The notes beneath the pieces are model-generated. The model did not search any database. It saw only the letters and a list, made by a program, of their open reading frames with translations, and had not been told where the DNA came from. Both the position numbers and the translations under genes were made by a program. From the NCBI GenBank assembly GCA_963808235.1, contig CAWEEQ010000004.1, positions 1,440,001 through 1,504,000 of the forward strand: a stretch of 64,000 bases of DNA, written 5' to 3'. This document shows, one piece after another, positions 58,736 through 64,000 of this stretch. Source of the stretch: an uncultured delta proteobacterium. Its GTDB lineage: Bacteria; Desulfobacterota; Binatia; Binatales; Binataceae. How positions within the stretch are numbered: the first letter of the stretch is position 1; each line of letters opens with the position of its first letter.

Positions 58736-60370
58736 TTAAATCCAGCCCGGGTCAGTGTACACGCCGAACTCGGTGCGAAAAATATCGCTGACCTCGCCGA
58801 CGGTCGCGTCATTGCGCACCGCCTCGCAAATCGGGTCCATCAGGTTCTCGCCGGAGCGGCAAGCCTCGGCAACCCGTGCGAGCGCCGCTTTGACGTTGAT
58901 CGAATTTCGCTCGCGCTTGACCTTGCGCACGCGCTGGATCTGCTTCTCTTCGATCGCCGCGTCGATCTTGAGCGTCGCAATCGGAATTTCCTCGGGTATC
59001 GAATACTTGTTCACCCCGACCACTGTCTTAATCCCCTGCTCGAGTTGGCGCTGGAAGTGAAACGCCGCCTCCGCGATTTCGCGCTGCGGGTAGCCGGTTT
59101 CGATCGCCTTAATCATCCCGCCCATCTCGTCGATGCGCCTGATATAGTCGCTCGCCTCGCGCTCCATGCGATCGGTTAGCGCCTCGACTGCGTAGCTGCC
59201 GCCGAACGGGTCGATCGTGTTGGTGACGCCGGTCTCCTCGGCGATCACCTGCTGAGTGCGCAGCGCGACCATCACCGCCTGCTCGGTCGGCAGCGCAAGC
59301 GTCTCGTCCATCGAGTTGGTATGGAGCGACTGCACTCCGCCCAGCACGCCCGCGAGCGCCTGGATCGCGACTCGCACCACGTTGTTCATCGGTTGCTGCG
59401 CGGTGAGCGAGGCTCCGGCGGTCTGCGCATGGGTGCGCAGCATCATCGACTTCGGATTCTTGGCGCCGAAGCGATCCTTCATGATGCGCGCCCAGAGCCG
59501 GCGCGCCGCGCGAAGCTTGGCGACCTCCTCGAGAAAGTCATTGTGCAGATTCCAGAAGAACGAGAGCCGATCCGCGAAGTCATCGACGCTCAAGCCCCGC
59601 TTGATCGCATCCTCGACGTAACAGATCCCGTCCGCAATCGTGAACGCAAGCTCCTGCACCGCAGTCGAGCCGGCCTCGCGGATGTGGTAGCCGGAGATCG
59701 AGACTGCGTGCCAGCGCGGAACTTTCCGCGCGCAGAACTCGATCATGTCGGTGACGATTCTGAGTGCGGGCCGCGGCGGGCAAATCCATTCCTTCTGCGC
59801 GATATATTCCTTGAGCATGTCGTTCTGAATCGTGCCGCCGACCTGCTCCCATGGAATTCCGTTGCGCTCCGCGACCACCAGGTACATCGCGAGCAGGATC
59901 GACGCCGAGCAATTCACCGTCATCGAAGTGCTGACCTTGTCCAGCGGGATTCGATTGAACAGCGCCGCCATATCGTAAACCGTCGACACCGAAACGCCTT
60001 CCCGCCCCACTTCGCCGAGCGCGCGCTCGTGGTCGGCGTCGTAGCCCATCAGGGTCGGCATGTCGAACGCGGTCGAAAGTCCGTCCTGCCCCTGCCCGAG
60101 CAGAAAATGAAAACGCGCGTTGGTGTCCTCGGCGAGTCCGAAGCCCGCGAACTGGCGCATTGTCCACAGCCGCCCGCGATACATCGAGCCATACACGCCG
60201 CGCGTGTATGGAAATTCGCCAGGATTCCCGATTGCATCGTCGTACGAACCTTTCACGTCGTCGGGCGTATAGAGCGGGTCAAGCTCCATATCCGATACCG
60301 TCGAGAATCGCATCGGCCGTTCAGTCGCCTTCTTATAGGTCGTCTCAAGCCACTTTTTTTTGCTGCTCAC
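58736..60370 (-). CDS. icmA: B12-dependent acyl-CoA mutase large subunit, isobutyryl-CoA mutase-like
   Basis: [14 protein letters not shown] (Phe), KEYIAQKEW (Gln), [11 protein letters not shown]; GTG start at 60370. Confidence 0.8.
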   Translation of the reverse strand: MSSKKKWLETTYKKATERPMRFSTVSDMELDPLYTPDDVKGSYDDAIGNPGEFPYTRGVYGSMYRGRLWTMRQFAGFGLAEDTNARFHFLLGQGQDGLSTAFDMPTLMGYDADHERALGEVGREGVSVSTVYDMAALFNRIPLDKVSTSMTVNCSASILLAMYLVVAERNGIPWEQVGGTIQNDMLKEYIAQKEWICPPRPALRIVTDMIEFCARKVPRWHAVSISGYHIREAGSTAVQELAFTIADGICYVEDAIKRGLSVDDFADRLSFFWNLHNDFLEEVAKLRAARRLWARIMKDRFGAKNPKSMMLRTHAQTAGASLTAQQPMNNVVRVAIQALAGVLGGVQSLHTNSMDETLALPTEQAVMVALRTQQVIAEETGVTNTIDPFGGSYAVEALTDRMEREASDYIRRIDEMGGMIKAIETGYPQREIAEAAFHFQRQLEQGIKTVVGVNKYSIPEEIPIATLKIDAAIEEKQIQRVRKVKRERNSINVKAALARVAEACRSGENLMDPICEAVRNDATVGEVSDIFRTEFGVYTDPGWI

Positions 60371-60378
60371 CGGTGACC

Positions 60379-61524
60379 TCAGCGGTTGTCGAGCACACTG
60401 CTCGCGATTACCAGGCGCTGAATCTCGGACGTCCCTTCGTAAATCTCGGTTATCTTTGCGTCGCGGAAATAGCGCTCGACCTTGAATTCTTTTGTGTAGC
60501 CGTAGCCGCCGTGGATCTGCACGGCCTCGGTCGCCGACTTCATCGCAGTCTCCGCGGCAAACAATTTCGCCATCGCGGATTCCTTCGTGCACGACTCGCC
60601 GCGATCTTTGAGCGTGGCCGCGCGATGCGTCAGCAAACGCGCCGCGTCGATCTCGACCGCCATGTCGGCGAGCTTCCACTGAATGGCCTGGTACGACGCG
60701 ATCGGTTTGCCGAAGGTGAGCCGCTGCGCCGCGTACTTTAGCGACGCCTCCAGCGCCGCGCGTGCGATTCCCAGCGCCTGCGAGGCGATTCCAATTCGCC
60801 CGCCGTCAAGCGTTTTCATCGCAACCTTGAAGCCTTCACCCTCGCCCAGGATCAAATTCTCGCGCGGCACGCGCATATCGGAAAAACTCAGCTGCGCCGA
60901 ATGTGCGCCATGAATTCCCATCTTGTCTTCGACCCGCGTCACCGACCATCCCGGCGTGTCGGTCTCGACCGCAAACGCGCTGATCCCATGATGCCCCTTA
61001 TCGGGCTGCGTCATCGCAAACACAATCGCCACTTTTGCTTGCGGCGCGTTGGTAATGAAATTCTTGGTCCCATTGATCAAGTAAGAGTCGCCATCGAGCA
61101 CGGCGCGCGTCTTCTGCCCAGCCGCATCGGAGCCCGCCTGAGGCTCGGTAAGCGCAAAGCATCCGAGCCAGTTGCCGGTCGCCATCTTCGGCAGAAAATG
61201 ATTTTTTTGCGATTCGGTGCCGAGCCCGAGAATCGGCCACGACGCGAGCGAGCAATGCGCCGACATGATCACTGCCGTCGACGCACACTCCACTGCGAGT
61301 TCCTCGAGCACCAGCGAATACGAAACATGATCGAGTCCGGCGCCGCCATACTGTTCAGGAAGAAAGATACCGAGCATCCCGAGTTTCGCAAGCTCGTCGA
61401 TTGCCTCTGACGGATAGCGATGCGACCGGTCGGCCTCGACGCCGATCGGTCCAAGCTTCTCGCGCGAGAACCGCCGCGCGACGTCGCGCGCGCCGCGTTG
61501 CGCTTCCGTCAGTTCAAGGTCCAT
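60379..61524 (-). CDS. Short-chain acyl-CoA (butyryl-CoA-like) dehydrogenase
   Basis: [22 protein letters not shown] and [11 protein letters not shown] motifs. Confidence 0.95.
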   Translation of the reverse strand: MDLELTEAQRGARDVARRFSREKLGPIGVEADRSHRYPSEAIDELAKLGMLGIFLPEQYGGAGLDHVSYSLVLEELAVECASTAVIMSAHCSLASWPILGLGTESQKNHFLPKMATGNWLGCFALTEPQAGSDAAGQKTRAVLDGDSYLINGTKNFITNAPQAKVAIVFAMTQPDKGHHGISAFAVETDTPGWSVTRVEDKMGIHGAHSAQLSFSDMRVPRENLILGEGEGFKVAMKTLDGGRIGIASQALGIARAALEASLKYAAQRLTFGKPIASYQAIQWKLADMAVEIDAARLLTHRAATLKDRGESCTKESAMAKLFAAETAMKSATEAVQIHGGYGYTKEFKVERYFRDAKITEIYEGTSEIQRLVIASSVLDNR

Positions 61525-61576
61525 CGATTCATTTGTAGCCTAGCGAGCAGATGCGGTCGATAGAACCGTGCCCGAT

Positions 61577-61614
61577 CCCTCGCCCGTTATTTTACGGGAG
61601 AGGTTAGTGAGGGT
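61577..61614 (-). repeat. REP-like palindrome (CCCTCAC..CCTCTCCC..GGGCGAGG family)
   Basis: CCCTCGCCCGTTATTTTACGGGAGAGG..GTGAGGGT, close match to 21494-21553. Confidence 0.75.
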
Positions 61615-61656
61615 TCTGCTTTGAGCGTGCAGCTCTGAGCCGTTCAGCTCAAGCAC

Positions 61657-62357
61657 TCAGACTGCCGTGCTGAGTTGCTGTTCGCGTATCCGCCGCTCAC
61701 GCATCGCGAGCATGTATCGCCGCGTCCATGCGATGAGAACAATCGTCACGCCGAACGCCATCACCGGCGAGATCGCGACCACCTGCGCCGGCGACAGGAC
61801 CATGCAAGGACAACCCTAACCGCTGCTTCGACGATGTAAGCAATTCCCCACACCGCGGTCACGAATTTTTGCGCTGCGCGAAAGTTCGGAAATTCCTCCC
61901 AAAGCCCGTTCCACCATGCGAGTCGCGTCGGATCGTCGCCGGCGACGAACTGGCGGTTGATGTAGAACATCAGCGGCCGCTCGGCAAACAGCGAACCGAG
62001 ACAGATGAGACCGAAGGCCGCGGTCAGGAACGATTCCTTGATCAGCGTGAAAAACACGCTGCCCGAGACCAGCGAAGTCGCGGTTCCAACCACCAGAAAA
62101 CTCATCACGATGATTCCGAGCGGTTCAAGCTTGCGCGTCTTTACCCATACTCGAAGGTTGTTGAGCGCCGGAAAGATCCCGCCCGCGACCAGCGCGTACA
62201 GTGTCGAGACGCCATAGTGGGTCAGCACATTGAACGCAACTATCGGCATCGCCACGTCGACGACGAGGGTGGGAATCATCTGCGCGAAGCTGAAGTTTCC
62301 GGGCGGCTCAGGATTGACCGCCAGCGGATCGACAGTTCGTGGTTCGTTGTCCACCAC
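61657..62357 (-). pseudogene. VC0807-like membrane protein with a single-base deletion near 61803
   Basis: IKES...GSL...RPL.F...W...FR......TAVWG pattern; the last TM (MVLSPAQVVAISPVMAFGVTIVLIAWT) continues in another frame to TGA at 61657. Confidence 0.75.
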
Positions 62358-62358
62358 G

Positions 62359-63138
62359 TTACTTGTGCTCCCACTTCGGCGGACGCTTCTCGACGAATGC
62401 CGCAGTGCCCTCGATGCGATCGCTGCTCCCGAACACAACGCCGAAAGCCTCTTGCTCAAAGCGCAACCCGGCGTCTTCGTTCATCGTGAATGCAGCGCGC
62501 AGCGCGGCCTTGGCCTGCCGGAGCGCAATCGCGGATTTGCTCGCGAGTTTCTCCGCGAGCTTCCTCGCGGTATCGATCAATTCTCCGGGCGCCACGACCT
62601 GGTTGGCGAGACCCCAATCGTGCGCCGCCTTCGCGTCGAACATCTCGCCGGTCATGATCAATTCCCTCGCCTTGTTGTGACCGATACGATGCGCCAGGCG
62701 TTGCGTGCCGCCGAACCCCGGGATGAGTCCAAGATTGATCTCCGGCTGCCCAAAGCGCGCCTTGTCGCTTGCGATGATCAGGTCGCAGGCGAGCGCGAGC
62801 TCGAGTCCGCCCCCGAGCGCAAATCCGTTTACCGCCGCGATCACAGGGATCGGCAAATCCTCGAAACTTTCCATCACGCGATGCCCCAGGCGCGAGAAGT
62901 CGAGCCCGTCGATCGCCGACATTTTCGACATAGCCGCGATATCCGCGCCCGCCACGAACGCACGATCTCCGGCCCCGGTGACGATCAGGACGCGAACCGA
63001 CGAGTCGTGGCGAACTTCGCGAATGACGCGCGCCATCTCCTCCAACACCTCGCGGTTGAGCGCGTTCAGTGCCGTCGGCCGATTCACAGTGAGCGTGGCG
63101 ATCGCAGCTTTGTCGAAAATAATATTTTTGAGTTCCAC
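62359..63138 (-). CDS. crt: Crotonase (short-chain enoyl-CoA hydratase)
   Basis: AFVAGADI, AVNGFALGGGLE and FGQPEINLGLIPGFGGTQRL motifs. Confidence 0.9.
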   Translation of the reverse strand: MELKNIIFDKAAIATLTVNRPTALNALNREVLEEMARVIREVRHDSSVRVLIVTGAGDRAFVAGADIAAMSKMSAIDGLDFSRLGHRVMESFEDLPIPVIAAVNGFALGGGLELALACDLIIASDKARFGQPEINLGLIPGFGGTQRLAHRIGHNKARELIMTGEMFDAKAAHDWGLANQVVAPGELIDTARKLAEKLASKSAIALRQAKAALRAAFTMNEDAGLRFEQEAFGVVFGSSDRIEGTAAFVEKRPPKWEHK

Positions 63139-63308
63139 GAAGATCTCCGTTTCAAATCAATATCGCGCCAGACTCGCGTTTTTTAATTCCGCGCCTAGCG
63201 TCCTTTCCGTGTCAACACCCGAACATCGGATACTGTCGCGAGTTCCACCCGATGCACCGCGTGGAGTCCAGCTTGCGCCAACCGGCTCGCGCGGGAAACA
63301 ATGCCCAC

Positions 63309-63776
63309 GTGCGTGGCAAATTCAGGACCCTTCGAAGCGCGATTGCTGCGTCCGTGACTGTCGCGATAGTTGCGTGTATCGCCACGGGATGCGCTCCGCC
63401 GGCGAAGGCATTCGTGGACAAAATTCGAACCGAAGCCGACGAGAAATGCCGCGCGGGCAATCAACCCGCCTGTCATACGATCGTGCAGGCGCTCAACGAT
63501 ACCAAGGTAGCAATCGAAACGACCAGTCCGCTGGAGACGCAGACGCCCGCGTGCATGGCGGGCAAACAGGTCGCCTGTCAGCAAGTCGCCGTGCTGCACG
63601 CGGAACTGAGCGCATGGTGCTCGATGGACAACGCGCAGGCGTGCGCCGCGGTCAACACCGGCCCATGGCCGAAGACCTGGGACGAGCCGGCGCTACTCGA
63701 CGCGGCGAAGCTTTCGTGCCTGAGCGGTCAGTTCAAGTCCGAGTCGAACACCTGCCAGGCATTGCAGATGATGTGA
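63309..63776 (+). CDS. Cys-rich lipoprotein with C-x7-C repeats
   Basis: Lipobox ATGC; CRAGNQPAC, CMAGKQVAC, CSMDNAQAC; start uncertain (63252 or 63309). Confidence 0.7.
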   Translation: MRGKFRTLRSAIAASVTVAIVACIATGCAPPAKAFVDKIRTEADEKCRAGNQPACHTIVQALNDTKVAIETTSPLETQTPACMAGKQVACQQVAVLHAELSAWCSMDNAQACAAVNTGPWPKTWDEPALLDAAKLSCLSGQFKSESNTCQALQMM

Positions 63777-63800
63777 GCCCGCGCGCAGCGCGGCCGGCGA

Positions 63801-63992
63801 TCACTGCCGCTCTTCGAAGCCCAGCGAGAGCATCATCTCATGCAGCGACTGATCCACTGCGATGTATTCGGTCAGCGACAGGTAAACGTGGCATCCGCGG
63901 CGCCCCTTACCGTCAGGAATTTCCACGATCTTGACCACCAGGTCACCGTTGATCATTGCGGGTTGGTCGTCGAGGGTCACGCGTAGCCACAT
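63801..63992 (-). CDS. Small hypothetical protein, FlbD-like pattern
   Basis: 63-aa ATG ORF, MWLRVT...MIN.D.V..I...V..S.....L pattern. Confidence 0.5.
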   Translation of the reverse strand: MWLRVTLDDQPAMINGDLVVKIVEIPDGKGRRGCHVYLSLTEYIAVDQSLHEMMLSLGFEERQ

Positions 63993-64000
63993 TTTTTGAT

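Overview
GC-rich bacterial chromosomal window. The gene repertoire (many crotonases, acyl-CoA and flavin enzymes, zinc-ribbon cyclase-STAND-TPR proteins, deltaproteobacterial-type T2SS) suggests a Binatota/Deltaproteobacteria-like soil organism; this is an inference. Contents in order: partial NAD-dependent isocitrate dehydrogenase; a secreted heptad coiled-coil protein; a thrB-metF-folE-(orphan vapB)-rpiA-glycerate kinase operon; bcp; a phospholipase C-like phosphoesterase; a DUF4410/DUF4142/DUF748 envelope cluster; hisI-hisG; a repeat-rich accessory patch (about 17-20.4 kb) where two ~350-bp composite REP-like direct repeats bracket small orphan genes; two tandem class III cyclase-STAND-TPR genes with DUF4242; a gspE-N type II secretion operon lacking gspC/D; a heterodimeric ABC exporter followed by a circularly permuted ATP-grasp/alpha-E/transglutaminase operon with a predicted sigma54 promoter and no Anbu peptidase; a TetR plus FAD oxidoreductase; and a B12-dependent isobutyryl-CoA mutase-like cluster. 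Four genes carry single-base frameshifts, all after 41 kb. A ~100-nt structured dispersed repeat with compensatory stem changes occurs in two full copies and one partial copy. No rRNA, tRNA, CRISPR array, transposase or integrase was recognised. All family calls are from motif recognition by eye, not database searches.
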